Positions 49,174 to 59,455 of a stretch of DNA of 64,000 nt are shown in pieces; the stretch's first letter is position 1; each line of letters opens with the position of its first letter. The stretch spans positions 352,001 to 416,000 of the forward strand of contig CBDAOB010000002.1 in the NCBI GenBank assembly GCA_965197905.1, written 5' to 3'. The notes under the pieces were generated by a model, which was not told where the DNA came from, ran no database searches, and saw only the letters and a list, made by a program, of their open reading frames with translations. Made by a program: the position numbers and the translations under genes. The stretch is from Candidatus Latescibacterota bacterium (GTDB lineage: Bacteria; Latescibacterota; UBA2968; UBA8231).

Positions 49174-52100
49174 TCAGCGGAAAAACATGGTTCCCGAAAG
49201 TCGGACCTCGCGGACCTTGCGGGCTTTCTCGGTGAGGTTGTTCCGATTGTTCTCGAGGCGAATGATGCCGTCGCCGCGAAAGCTCTCGCTGAATTTGTAG
49301 GAAGCGGTGAACGATGTTCGCCAGCGGTTGACCGAGTTGATCGGCGCCCGTTCGGCATCTCCGGTGCCGTTTGATCGAATCTCGTTCTCCAGGGAAACCT
49401 CGAATTTCAGATCGACGTTGCTCTTCAGCTTTCCGAAGATCGGCAGGCTTCTCGGTCTCAGATTGTGGGAAAGGCTGAAGGTGGTCGTCGTCTTCTCCAA
49501 CTCACCGCTCCCGCGCAGGGGCCGGAGATTGCCCTCTACACTCGCGCTGTCGTCCTCGGCAACCAGCTCGAATTCCAGGTCGGTGCCACTGGCCACAACG
49601 CGTTCCACCTTAGCTACAGGGCCTATCCTCAGTTTCCCGTTCCACGAGGCTCGGGTCTCTTTTGATTCGCTCTTGGTGATAAGATGGCCCGGTCGTAGAC
49701 TGCCTTCACCCTCACTGCTTTCGGTCTGCTGGAACGAGAACGAAAAATTGGCGCTGTTTACGACTTTCTTGATCAGCGGAATGCGGTCCGCCCTTCCCCA
49801 GTTTACATTGAGCTTCGGATAGCGGGTTTCCTGGCGCACGCGGGTTCGTTCCTGTGTACTGCCACTGCGGCGTTCGAGCTTGTCGTTGAAGTCGGTTTTC
49901 ACACTGAACCCCATGGGCAACTTGAGTCCCGAGCCCATGTCCATGTTCCGCGTGCGTCCGAACTGGTCTTGTTGCGTGAGCCCCACCGAGGCTTGAGGCA
50001 CGTCGAGAGAGTCGTTGAGGCCAAACTGATAGAGCAATCCGGGCCGGTCGACGAGATTGAACGACCTAGAGTTTCTATTCTTTCGCCAGGTCACATTGAA
50101 CGGTTCGATAAATCCGCCGGCGAAATGTAACGTTCGCCACAGGAAAAACGGCTGGGAGGGTTCCTTTGGCGGTTCCGCTTCTGGCTTTTCACCATCGGCC
50201 TCAAGTTCTTTGGTTGCTGTCTCTTCCTGCCGTTTCTTCGTCGGTTTCACCGTCGTCCTTTTCTTACCGGCAAAACTCTTGAGCAACATGGGGAGTTTGA
50301 GATTGAACCGCGTGGACAGGCTGTTCTTGGTATCGATGTCCAACGGCTTTACCGGCAAGCCCGATGTGCTGTCGATGAGCACCTGCGCTCGCCGCTGCGT
50401 GGGATCGCTGTTTTCGTTGTAGCTCGCTTCGAACGTATATTGCTGATCCAACCAGCGAATCCACCTGAGGGTTACCTTGACACTGCCCTTCTGTGTGCGG
50501 CCGATCTCCCGACCGAAGCTGAGCTTGTTCAGCTCGTACTTCTTCCGGAGGTCGCGGTTTATCTTAAGGTCGTAGTCACCGCTGATGCCGCTAAACGGAT
50601 TCACCTTTGCCACGTAGGTCTCGTTCACCGCAAAGTGCTCCTGCACCGTCTGTTCGGCGTCGGATCGCTGCTGGGTCTTCTGCTCCTTGCGATTGGCGAC
50701 CATAGAGTAGGTTATGTGGGAAGGAAAATATCGCCACTTCAGCTCTCTCCAGGTGCGGGGTGAGCGTTCGGGCAACCAGGTCAAAATGGGCAGCTGGGGA
50801 CTCGGAAGTGGCATCTTGTAGCTGAAGTTCATGGTTTGGGCGTCGGTGCGATCCAACGGTCGTGTCGTGGAAGAGCCCTGCTCTTGCAGGTTGGACAACC
50901 TCACGTTCATCTGATCGATGGTCCAACGAAACACTCGATTTCGTCCCGATCGTTTCGACAGCGAGAGCTCGTAGAAACGTTTGGTGCGGAAGGTCCTTTG
51001 CTCCCTCTGCGTCTTCTTGTCAAGCTCCACATCCGAGTTCGGTCCGAAGCGGGGCAAACTCTGGTTTTCGGAAAAACTCGCCTTGAACGGGATGGAGAAC
51101 CCCCACCTTCCCGGCAGAAAACGGTGCAGATTGGTCGTGGCCGACAGGCTCTGATTGAGATCGGTGGTGCTGCGCTGGCGGGAATTGAGGGTGCGAAAGT
51201 CGCCACCGGTCCAGGTAATCTGGCCGTCCAGGTTCATCACGTCGGCGAGCTTGGTGTTGACGCGCGCAAAGGCCGCCCCACCCGGATCGTTGCGCCCCTC
51301 TTCGAGACGGAGCTCGTTGACCAGCACCTCGCCCGTATATATACCTTGACCGCGGTTGCGGATGCCGATGGTCAATTCCTTTATCTGCTGCATGGAGGGA
51401 TTGCCGCGGACGCGATAGACGGCCGGCCTGAAGTCGCGCAGTCGCGGCTCGGCGATCACCGTATCCAGAATCGCCAGCTGCTGCCCCAGGGAGTCGAAGC
51501 GTCCCGCCTGCAAGAGCGACTTCACACGGGCGATCTCTAACAGGTCGATATCCACCTCGTTTCCCTTCCAGCCGGCGCGTCCTCCATCCCACCCAGGCAA
51601 TATTCGACTGATGAACTCGTAATAGTTGGTGCTGTCGGCTCCAAAACGGATGAACATCTCCAAGTCACTGGAGTCCCCAACGACGTAGGCAGTGTTGACG
51701 TCGTCGCCGTGCACGAACATGCGCATGCGGGTGTACTGGGTGTAGTTGGCGTTACGCGTCAGAATTTTCGTAGCGGAGACTTGATGCTGCGGCTCGAAGT
51801 TATCGTAGTTAAGCCGTAACGACTGTTCCCGCTCGCGAGTTCGCGTCTGCCGGTTGCGACGGATCTTGATACCCGGGGGCGGCTCGTAGTCGATGTTCTT
51901 GTCGGTACCGACGACACTCACCGCCACCGATTCCTCCGGCCCCACATCGTTCCCCCCCTCCAGAATCAACACCTCATCTTCCTGCCACTCGTTGCCGATC
52001 ACCTCGATGAGCGCAATCTCCACCGTGATGGAATCGTCGGTCGCCGCTGTTTCTCCGTTCACCACGATCCGCGCGAACTCGATTCTGCTGGAATCGGGTA

Positions 52101-55100
52101 GACCCTCCCTGGGCGTGTCGTCGAAAAGTGGAAGCCGGAACAGGCGCCAACCGTTGCTATCCGTGCCGGATACATGGGGATCCGATTCCAGATCGATCGT
52201 GTAGCGGTAGTAGTCGTTTCGCGTGTTCAGTACGCCGTCGTTGTTGAGGTCTTCGCTGTCGGGCCGATCGGCCGCCTCGCGATCGCTCTTGTTTCCTTCG
52301 GTCCCGTTGATGCGGCGGTAGTCGTTCTTGCGGTTGCCGGTAGCATCGTAATGCCAGTTGTCTCCCTGTGGGTCGTCCACATCCCGCTCGCCATAGCTTT
52401 GCAGGAATTGCTGACGTTTCTGTTCCAGGGTCAGGTCGGTCGTATCGACGCCGACTTCGGCCAGGTAGAAGTTCAACTCTCCCCGATCATCCCGACCGTC
52501 GATGCCCACGTCCTCGGCTTGAGCAACCAAGCCATCGCCGGTGGTCCGGCCCGGAAAGGGCTCATCTTCGGTATCGACGGCGCCATCCTCGCGAAAATTG
52601 AGGGGATCATCCGTTGTCTGATCGCAACAGAAATCCTCGCTGATTGTACCCAGATCGAGATTGAGGGTGCCACGTTCACCTCGCACCCAGATCTCCAGGA
52701 ACTTCGACAGGGAGTAATCGTTGACCGATCCGAGCGAGGTCATCAGACCGCCCCACACCTGCTGTTGATCAGCTCGTGGTTTCAGCCGCATGACCAGCAC
52801 GTCGGTCCGATTGTTCTGATTCTCCACCTGCTCCTCCTGACCCGGCCATATATCCTTGCGCAGGATCCCGTCAAACGGGTTGTACCAGATCAGGTTGCCA
52901 CGGGTCTCGTGGGGGAAATCGAGAGCGACCGGTCGGCTGGCGGGAGTCCAGCTCGTGCGGGCGATGCGCAGACTGCTGGGCCGCTGGCTGCCTTCGAAAT
53001 CGTCGATGAATCCCTTGCCCTTGGTGTTCAGGTTGGGACGGCTTTGTGCCACTTCCCCTTGCAACTCGATGGTGGAACTGGATGCTGTTTTGATCAGCGG
53101 AATGGCATCGACAACCCGGGTTAGAAAGGGCGCCGCAAACTTGGCGCGCATGTCTGTGCTCCATACCACGGTGCGCGCCGGTTCGGCTCCCACCCGCACC
53201 CGCCGTTCGCCGCTGCGTTCGTTGTTGTATAGCATGGTGGTTCCCCACTTCCCTTCCCCCCCGAGAAATTCGTACTGCGTCCGCATGCCTATGAGGGTCT
53301 TTTGCTGACTGCCCAGTCCCAATAAATCTTCCGTCTCGTAGGTGATCTCCAGGTCGGCCCCGGGATCGGCCACCTCCTGGGCGGTGGTTCCGACGAACGT
53401 GATGTCGCCCGCGAAACCCACGTTGTAGTCGGTGCCCTTCTGCTTGCGTTGACCGTTGAGCCGCACTTCCACCGTTTCCGGCCGCACGCCGAGACCGAGG
53501 CTGATCCGCTGTTGGCCGGAGCTTGAGCGGACCTCGATAATGTAGGCGCTGGCCTCCACCTGATCTCGTTGCTGCTGCCGGGTGTAGATCTCGGGAATCT
53601 TCTCTTCCAGCTCGGAGCTTCCCGGATCTTCCGGGGTTTCCGGATTGAATGGGGTTCGAGCCGGGAAGACCAGGTGTCCGCGGAAGTCGTCGAGACCGGC
53701 GTAGTCGCGGTCCACGACCCGATCGGGAGCGCTGCCGGGATCCTGACCGCGCTCGTCGAGACCGAAGATCTGCAGATACGATTTGCCACCCTGAGAGGGT
53801 TGGGACTCCTGACCCGCAATCTCCTTCAAAACCTGCACTTCCACAGTGGACGGATCGAACTTGCGACCCGCGGCGAAGCCGGTGGCGATGCGATAGACGT
53901 TCTTCCACTCCAAATCCCAGGTCGGAAATCCAGGTCGGGCGTCCCGCGCCTTGATCAGCTTGAGTTGCAGGGTGTCTCCGCGGGTATCGCCAAACTGTTC
54001 AGTCCCTACGTTCGGTCCGCCCCGGGTGCGATAGCTCACCGCCAGCGCATGGCGATCTTGCACCATGCGATTGAGGATTATGAAGCCGGCTCCTTCCACC
54101 ACCGAATAGTCGTCGTCGGGGTCGAGGCGATGCCAGGTGCCTTCCTCGAAGCAACCGCTGGCTTCGACGGGCAGTCCATTCGGATTCACGCAGACGACCT
54201 CGTCGTCGTCGCTAACGTCGCTCGCCGCCACCCTCGCGACACCCGGTCGCGCCAGCAACTCTGGATCGTTGATGGTATTGAAATCGTTGATGTAGACCTG
54301 TAAGCTGCCCGAATCGACAAAGTCCGAACCTGGAATACGGGCGCCGGCCACCAGCTGCCGGTAGTCCGGCAAATTGACCCGATAGAACTCATCCAGGAAG
54401 AAATAGGTGTTGCGCAAGAACTGGTAATCCCGAAGCGAGAGAGTATCCTGGACGGCGCCACCCCGAAAGGTTCGGCGGTTGCTCTTGCTGCTCTCGTGGC
54501 TGGCAATGGTGGTAAAACTGAGAGGCCCTACCGCTCCCTTGGCGCGTATCCCAAAAAGCCCCTTGTTCTGCTGTTGGAAACCGACGAACCTAGATCGCGG
54601 GAGGGCGAGAGTCGTGTTCCCCGCCTGAATCTCCTGGAAGATCGCGTCCTCGTCGTTCTTGTAGTCCAGCTTGATCTGGTTGGCAATCTGATCGCGGAGA
54701 TTCAAGGTGCTGACAGCGCCGCCGGCGCTCTCCGTATCCTGGTCAATGCGAACGTTTATCAGTTCCCCAACCTTGCCTTCGACTGTGAATCGCTGCTCCT
54801 GCTCCATCGTCAGAGCCGGAAAGGTAGAGGGACCACCCGCCGCGGTCTGGACTTCGCCCGCCGTCCACTCACTCTTTCCCGAGATCGATACCTTCAGCGA
54901 GCCGCTCATGCGCAAGCTGGGCCCTTCCTCGCCGATGAAGCGACGCAGGGATTTAGGCGCCGTGAACGGCACGGTCCACTCCAGCCGCCGAGTACCCTGT
55001 TGCCGGTCGCGCTGCGAGGCAACTCGAAATTTCTGACGAATCTCTCGACGCCATACATCTCGTGCGCCATAACTGTAGATCAGACGCAGGTAGTCGTCTT

Positions 55101-55422
55101 TGCTCATAGCCGCTGCCGCCCCCGTTGGGAATCCGCCCGAAAGCCGGGTGAACGACACGTGACTGGAGTCCACATCGACCTGGTTTGCCAAGAGGTTCGC
55201 CGGCATCCGCATGCGCAGCAACGGGGCGTTTTCTTGCATGAGAGAAACCTCACCTGACTTCTCGAAAAATTTTCCGAGCGGGCCGACCAGAGGGTCCGGG
55301 CTCAACGCCGGAGCGCTCCATGCCGGGTCGAACGCAGTAACCAGCAAACACAGCCCACCAAACAGGCCTATAGACCCGGGCAGACGTGGTTTACCTGTCG
55401 AATAAGAATGATACCGAAACAT
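49174..55422 (-). CDS. sprA: Type IX secretion outer-membrane translocon SprA
   Basis: 2082 aa, IQAGNTTLALP...GLFGI, LMWKN-like DLEWKNVY, QQKTLIG, IDDFEGS, RGNLIWYN, DLGTISED, DSEDLNNDG, GWRLFRLPL, beta-barrel C-terminus. Confidence 0.9.
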   Translation of the reverse strand: MFRYHSYSTGKPRLPGSIGLFGGLCLLVTAFDPAWSAPALSPDPLVGPLGKFFEKSGEVSLMQENAPLLRMRMPANLLANQVDVDSSHVSFTRLSGGFPTGAAAAMSKDDYLRLIYSYGARDVWRREIRQKFRVASQRDRQQGTRRLEWTVPFTAPKSLRRFIGEEGPSLRMSGSLKVSISGKSEWTAGEVQTAAGGPSTFPALTMEQEQRFTVEGKVGELINVRIDQDTESAGGAVSTLNLRDQIANQIKLDYKNDEDAIFQEIQAGNTTLALPRSRFVGFQQQNKGLFGIRAKGAVGPLSFTTIASHESSKSNRRTFRGGAVQDTLSLRDYQFLRNTYFFLDEFYRVNLPDYRQLVAGARIPGSDFVDSGSLQVYINDFNTINDPELLARPGVARVAASDVSDDDEVVCVNPNGLPVEASGCFEEGTWHRLDPDDDYSVVEGAGFIILNRMVQDRHALAVSYRTRGGPNVGTEQFGDTRGDTLQLKLIKARDARPGFPTWDLEWKNVYRIATGFAAGRKFDPSTVEVQVLKEIAGQESQPSQGGKSYLQIFGLDERGQDPGSAPDRVVDRDYAGLDDFRGHLVFPARTPFNPETPEDPGSSELEEKIPEIYTRQQQRDQVEASAYIIEVRSSSGQQRISLGLGVRPETVEVRLNGQRKQKGTDYNVGFAGDITFVGTTAQEVADPGADLEITYETEDLLGLGSQQKTLIGMRTQYEFLGGEGKWGTTMLYNNERSGERRVRVGAEPARTVVWSTDMRAKFAAPFLTRVVDAIPLIKTASSSTIELQGEVAQSRPNLNTKGKGFIDDFEGSQRPSSLRIARTSWTPASRPVALDFPHETRGNLIWYNPFDGILRKDIWPGQEEQVENQNNRTDVLVMRLKPRADQQQVWGGLMTSLGSVNDYSLSKFLEIWVRGERGTLNLDLGTISEDFCCDQTTDDPLNFREDGAVDTEDEPFPGRTTGDGLVAQAEDVGIDGRDDRGELNFYLAEVGVDTTDLTLEQKRQQFLQSYGERDVDDPQGDNWHYDATGNRKNDYRRINGTEGNKSDREAADRPDSEDLNNDGVLNTRNDYYRYTIDLESDPHVSGTDSNGWRLFRLPLFDDTPREGLPDSSRIEFARIVVNGETAATDDSITVEIALIEVIGNEWQEDEVLILEGGNDVGPEESVAVSVVGTDKNIDYEPPPGIKIRRNRQTRTREREQSLRLNYDNFEPQHQVSATKILTRNANYTQYTRMRMFVHGDDVNTAYVVGDSSDLEMFIRFGADSTNYYEFISRILPGWDGGRAGWKGNEVDIDLLEIARVKSLLQAGRFDSLGQQLAILDTVIAEPRLRDFRPAVYRVRGNPSMQQIKELTIGIRNRGQGIYTGEVLVNELRLEEGRNDPGGAAFARVNTKLADVMNLDGQITWTGGDFRTLNSRQRSTTDLNQSLSATTNLHRFLPGRWGFSIPFKASFSENQSLPRFGPNSDVELDKKTQREQRTFRTKRFYELSLSKRSGRNRVFRWTIDQMNVRLSNLQEQGSSTTRPLDRTDAQTMNFSYKMPLPSPQLPILTWLPERSPRTWRELKWRYFPSHITYSMVANRKEQKTQQRSDAEQTVQEHFAVNETYVAKVNPFSGISGDYDLKINRDLRKKYELNKLSFGREIGRTQKGSVKVTLRWIRWLDQQYTFEASYNENSDPTQRRAQVLIDSTSGLPVKPLDIDTKNSLSTRFNLKLPMLLKSFAGKKRTTVKPTKKRQEETATKELEADGEKPEAEPPKEPSQPFFLWRTLHFAGGFIEPFNVTWRKNRNSRSFNLVDRPGLLYQFGLNDSLDVPQASVGLTQQDQFGRTRNMDMGSGLKLPMGFSVKTDFNDKLERRSGSTQERTRVRQETRYPKLNVNWGRADRIPLIKKVVNSANFSFSFQQTESSEGEGSLRPGHLITKSESKETRASWNGKLRIGPVAKVERVVASGTDLEFELVAEDDSASVEGNLRPLRGSGELEKTTTTFSLSHNLRPRSLPIFGKLKSNVDLKFEVSLENEIRSNGTGDAERAPINSVNRWRTSFTASYKFSESFRGDGIIRLENNRNNLTEKARKVREVRLSGTMFFR

Positions 55423-55953
55423 CTAATCGCGCATGTAATGAGCCCGACCCTTGTCTTTCGCAAATAGAACGGTTTCGGTCGAACCCGACGGCGAGGACTC
55501 TGAAAACACTCCGCGAGAGGGGAGTGTTGCGCCTGTTGGGGGAGCAATCCTCGTAAACGAGCGCCCTGTCAAACAGAGCACTGGACGTTAACTATGCGCG
55601 ATAAGCGTCTCCGGTCGCGGGTAGTTGTGCGTTTCACGTGGAGGGGGTTGGATGCCGATGTGCCCTGCAGGAGATCTGCGTCAGCGCCAGACAACTTAAT
55701 ATAAGGCCCCTCGCGATTCAAGGCGTCATCTCGGGTGAAGCAAGCCACGTGCCGACGCCGTTCTGGACCATCCGCTTTTTAGGTGAAGCACCTTCCACCT
55801 ATATTTGATCGGCAGCTCTTGCCGCTGCGTTCAGCGTTCAACTCACAACGACTGATCTCCATATCGACGAGGATCCATGGTCATCAGTTCCTGGCGTGCT
55901 GCCACGTTTACTTTACACTCACGTGAACAGACGGTGACGGGAGCCAGAGAATC

Positions 55954-57276
55954 TTGAGCACGCTATCGCGATACCTGCTACGCGAACACCTAGGCCCCTT
56001 CGGTCTCGCCCTCGCTCTGATCATCTTCGTGCTGGTCATCGATGTGGTACTGCAGATGATGGACCAGGTGTTGAGCAAAGGTCTATCGGCGTCGGTGGCG
56101 GTGCAGCTCTTCGTCTACAACCTGGCATGGATTGTCGCGCTGGCCGTGCCGATGGCCGTGTTGGTGGCGGTGATCATGGCCTTCGCCAGGCTCTCGGCAG
56201 ACAACGAGATTATGGCCGCAAAGGCGTGCGGCATCGGCTTCTTGCACCTGTTGCGGCCGGTAGCATTGGGCGCCGGCGCGCTGATGGTGATCATGATCCT
56301 CTTCAACGACTGGGTACTCCCAGATTGGAATCACCGCGCCCGCAACATCACTGCGAGCTTGAAACGCTTGAAAGCCGCGCTCGTTCTCAAAGAGAAGGAA
56401 GGCGTCTTCATACACAAGCTCGGCAACCGCTACAGCTTGCTTATCCGCGAAGTGGACGAAGAGCGCAACGCACTTCGCGGGATCACCGTCTACGACGCCG
56501 GCAAGAAAGGACCGCCCACTACCTTACACGCGGCGGAGGGCCGGATAGAGATCTTTGGGGATGGCAGTTACGTTCGGTTGACGCTGGACAAGGGCGAGTA
56601 CCATACCGTCGATGCGAACAATCCCGAGCGTTTTGTCCGCGGTTCCTTCGAGCGCCAGTCTATCCACATCGAGGATCCTCAGCGAGCTTTCAGCGATCGC
56701 TCATCCTCCTATCGTGGCCAGCGCGAAATGAACATCGCAGCGCTCTATGCGGCGGTGGAAAAGCGAAGGGTCGAGCAAACCCGGGGGCTCAAGCTGATTG
56801 ACAGCACGGTGCAACGCTACCACTCCATCACCTCCAGCCCCGAAACCGCGCTGGATGACTCCACGGGGGAGAACGCCTCGCGGGAAAGTCAGACCCTGAC
56901 CAAACAGCTGCAGCAACAGCGGCGCCTTGCCCATAGCCGGGCGAAGCAGATCGACGAATTCATGGTGGAGATCCACAAGAAGTTCTCCATCCCTGCCGCC
57001 TGCGTGGTGTTCGTATTGGTCGGCGCGCCGTTGGGTGTTTTCATTCGGCAGCGGGGCGCCACCGTTTCAGTTGGCGTGAGTCTGGTTTTCTTCCTCGTCT
57101 ACTGGATGTTCCTTATCGGCGGAGAGGAACTGGCCGACCGCGGGTTCATCCCCCCGGCGGTCGCCATGTGGGCACCAAATGTAGTGTTCGGCCTCGTGGG
57201 TCTGTTCCTCGTGCGGGCAGCGACCCTGGATCTTTCGGTATGGCAATGGCGGCACGCGCGGAGCTCAGAATCATGA
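55954..57276 (+). CDS. lptF: LPS export permease LptF
   Basis: LSRYLLREHL, RLSADNEIMAAKACGI, EIHKKFSIP, MWAPN. Confidence 0.85.
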   Translation: MSTLSRYLLREHLGPFGLALALIIFVLVIDVVLQMMDQVLSKGLSASVAVQLFVYNLAWIVALAVPMAVLVAVIMAFARLSADNEIMAAKACGIGFLHLLRPVALGAGALMVIMILFNDWVLPDWNHRARNITASLKRLKAALVLKEKEGVFIHKLGNRYSLLIREVDEERNALRGITVYDAGKKGPPTTLHAAEGRIEIFGDGSYVRLTLDKGEYHTVDANNPERFVRGSFERQSIHIEDPQRAFSDRSSSYRGQREMNIAALYAAVEKRRVEQTRGLKLIDSTVQRYHSITSSPETALDDSTGENASRESQTLTKQLQQQRRLAHSRAKQIDEFMVEIHKKFSIPAACVVFVLVGAPLGVFIRQRGATVSVGVSLVFFLVYWMFLIGGEELADRGFIPPAVAMWAPNVVFGLVGLFLVRAATLDLSVWQWRHARSSES

Positions 57277-58343
57277 GACTGCTGGACAAGTACCTTCTGA
57301 GCCGGTTCATCGCCGCGTTGACGCTGAGCGTTGTCAGTCTCCTGCTTATCGCAATCGTCGTCGACCTGACCGAGAATATCGACACGTTTATCGATCACCA
57401 TGCCGCCGTCACCCAAATCCTGTTCTACTATCTCTATCACACTCCGTACTGGATTATTCTAACCCTTCCCATTGCCGCTTTGATGGGAGCCTTGTTCTCA
57501 CTCAACGGACTCGCTCGGCGCAACGAGATCACCGCTATGAAAGCGGCGGGCATCAGTCTCTATCGCGTCCTGGCGCCGGTACTCGTCTTCGCCGCCGTCT
57601 TCAGCGGCCTGGCTTTTCTATTCGCCGACCGGGTGCTGCCCCCAGCCACCTTCCGCTACAACACCATTCGCGACGAGATGCGTTCCTACAGTCGCTCCGA
57701 TGGCTCGCGTCGCCAGGTCCTGCTGCAGGATGTGGACGGTCAATATATCTTCACCCGCTCTTACGACGCACGCCGACGCAAAGCCCACGAGATCCTGTGG
57801 GAGCGTCAACGGGACTCCCGCATCGCCGAGCGGGTCGTAGCAAACCGGTTGGAATGGCGAGATGGAGGATGGATGGTGTTTGAAGGCCGGCACTACCGTT
57901 TCGGAGCGGAGGAAATCGCCACCAGTGCCTTCGACACGCTGAAACTGGAGCGGCTAACCCTCCAACCGTCCGATCTCGAGCGCCAGCAGAAGAAACCGGA
58001 AGAGATGAATTTCGCCGAGCTGCAGAGTTACATATCCCGCGCACGCGCCAACGGCGAGGACGTAACCCGGCAGCTGGTCGATCTCCACCTGAAGATCTCC
58101 TTTCCGGTCACCTGCTTCATCGTCGTGTTGTTAGGGGCGCCTCTGGGCGCCAATACGAGACGGGCCGGTTGGGCCAATAGCTTCGGTGTCGGCATCCTCG
58201 TCTGTTTCGCGTTTTACAGCTGCGTCAAGATGGGCCAGGCGCTGGGATGGAATCAGATTCTGCCGCCGATGTTGGGTTCCTGGCTGGCCAATATCGTTTT
58301 TGGCCTGTTCAGTGCCATTCTCTTGTGGAGGGCCCACAAGTGA
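57273..58343 (+). CDS. lptG: LPS export permease LptG
   Basis: MRLLDKYL, RRNEITAMKAAGISL, PEEMNFAEL, SWLANI. ATGA overlap with lptF. Confidence 0.85.
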   Translation: MRLLDKYLLSRFIAALTLSVVSLLLIAIVVDLTENIDTFIDHHAAVTQILFYYLYHTPYWIILTLPIAALMGALFSLNGLARRNEITAMKAAGISLYRVLAPVLVFAAVFSGLAFLFADRVLPPATFRYNTIRDEMRSYSRSDGSRRQVLLQDVDGQYIFTRSYDARRRKAHEILWERQRDSRIAERVVANRLEWRDGGWMVFEGRHYRFGAEEIATSAFDTLKLERLTLQPSDLERQQKKPEEMNFAELQSYISRARANGEDVTRQLVDLHLKISFPVTCFIVVLLGAPLGANTRRAGWANSFGVGILVCFAFYSCVKMGQALGWNQILPPMLGSWLANIVFGLFSAILLWRAHK

Positions 58344-58377
58344 CGACGGCCCCACGGTCGGGCTTGCTGGATTATTT

Positions 58378-59442
58378 TTATGCGAGGCCCTGCTGCATGT
58401 GGTAAATCTTCAGCTTCAAGGCGGCGGACCGGAGTTTCCACGACTCCAATAGCTCCGCTGCTTGCTCCCCGGCCGAACCACTCAGCCGGTTGCCAAGATC
58501 GACCAGCAACTGCGCCAGGCGGGCGATCTTCTCTTCCGATGCGTGGCTGGTGAGCCGCTCGATATGTTTGAGAAAATCGGGGCCGACGAAACGATCTGCC
58601 CGCATCAATACGGCGTCCAGGAACCGGGCGTGTCGGCGGGCGAACCGCTCCTCCTCGCTGCTCTTCTCGAAGAGAAATCGCAGCAGTTCCGGACCCGGAG
58701 AGGCTTCCAGGACCTGCTCGCAGGCTCGCACCAGCCGCCTCCAGGCGCGGTCCTGTTCGGGACGATCCAACGCCCGCTCCGGACCATTACCTTCGATCAC
58801 CACGTTGAAGAGTGGCACCTGGGGTAGCTCCTGGAAGAGGGCGTGCAGAGTATCTTCGTCGGACCCGGTCAGATCCGCGTCGAGGATCAAATAGACCAGC
58901 TCCTTGACCAGGCGCGGATCGACCGTACGCAATTTTTCCAATAGAATCCTGCGGTTTTCGTTTTCCTGGCCGGCGAACAGATAGCTGATAAGCGAGCCGG
59001 CGGTGGCGCTGTTGATCGGCAGCCCCAGCACCGCCTCCCGGGCAACCCTTGGTTGGTCACGGAAAAGAAACTCCTGTATCTCGTCCTTCTGTCGCAGCCC
59101 CCAGACCAGCGCGCCCGCCACCTCCGTGTCCGGCTCGGCCCGAATCATCCGCTGCAACCGCTCGATCGCCGGTGCCGATGAGATCCACCGGCGGTGATAC
59201 CCGAGGAGCTGGGCCGCTAAGAGCCGCCGGGGATTCCTGGGCTGTTCCATTACGCTCCAGAGAAGTTTGGTTCCAGTGCTGCCCGGAACCAGGTGACGTA
59301 GCTGTTCGACAGCGCGCGCGCGTTGCGCCAGAGTCTCTGCTTCGGCAGCAACGGTTAGCAGATCCTCCAATTGCGGCACGCTTTCAACCTCTTCCGAAAT
59401 GGTCGGTTGGGGTTCATCTTCCTCTCTGATATCCAATACCAT
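58378..59442 (-). CDS. Hypothetical all-helical (HEAT-like) protein
   Basis: 354-aa Leu/Ala/Arg-rich ORF, e.g. RRLLAAQLLG, EPDTEVAGALVWGL. Confidence 0.6.
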   Translation of the reverse strand: MVLDIREEDEPQPTISEEVESVPQLEDLLTVAAEAETLAQRARAVEQLRHLVPGSTGTKLLWSVMEQPRNPRRLLAAQLLGYHRRWISSAPAIERLQRMIRAEPDTEVAGALVWGLRQKDEIQEFLFRDQPRVAREAVLGLPINSATAGSLISYLFAGQENENRRILLEKLRTVDPRLVKELVYLILDADLTGSDEDTLHALFQELPQVPLFNVVIEGNGPERALDRPEQDRAWRRLVRACEQVLEASPGPELLRFLFEKSSEEERFARRHARFLDAVLMRADRFVGPDFLKHIERLTSHASEEKIARLAQLLVDLGNRLSGSAGEQAAELLESWKLRSAALKLKIYHMQQGLA

Positions 59443-59455
59443 GACAATTCACCAT

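Noticed and set aside
55631..55929. parS-like sequences GTTTCACGTGGA and TCACGTGAACA
   Set aside because: These are only partial matches to TGTTTCACGTGAAACA, and there is no parAB in the window.
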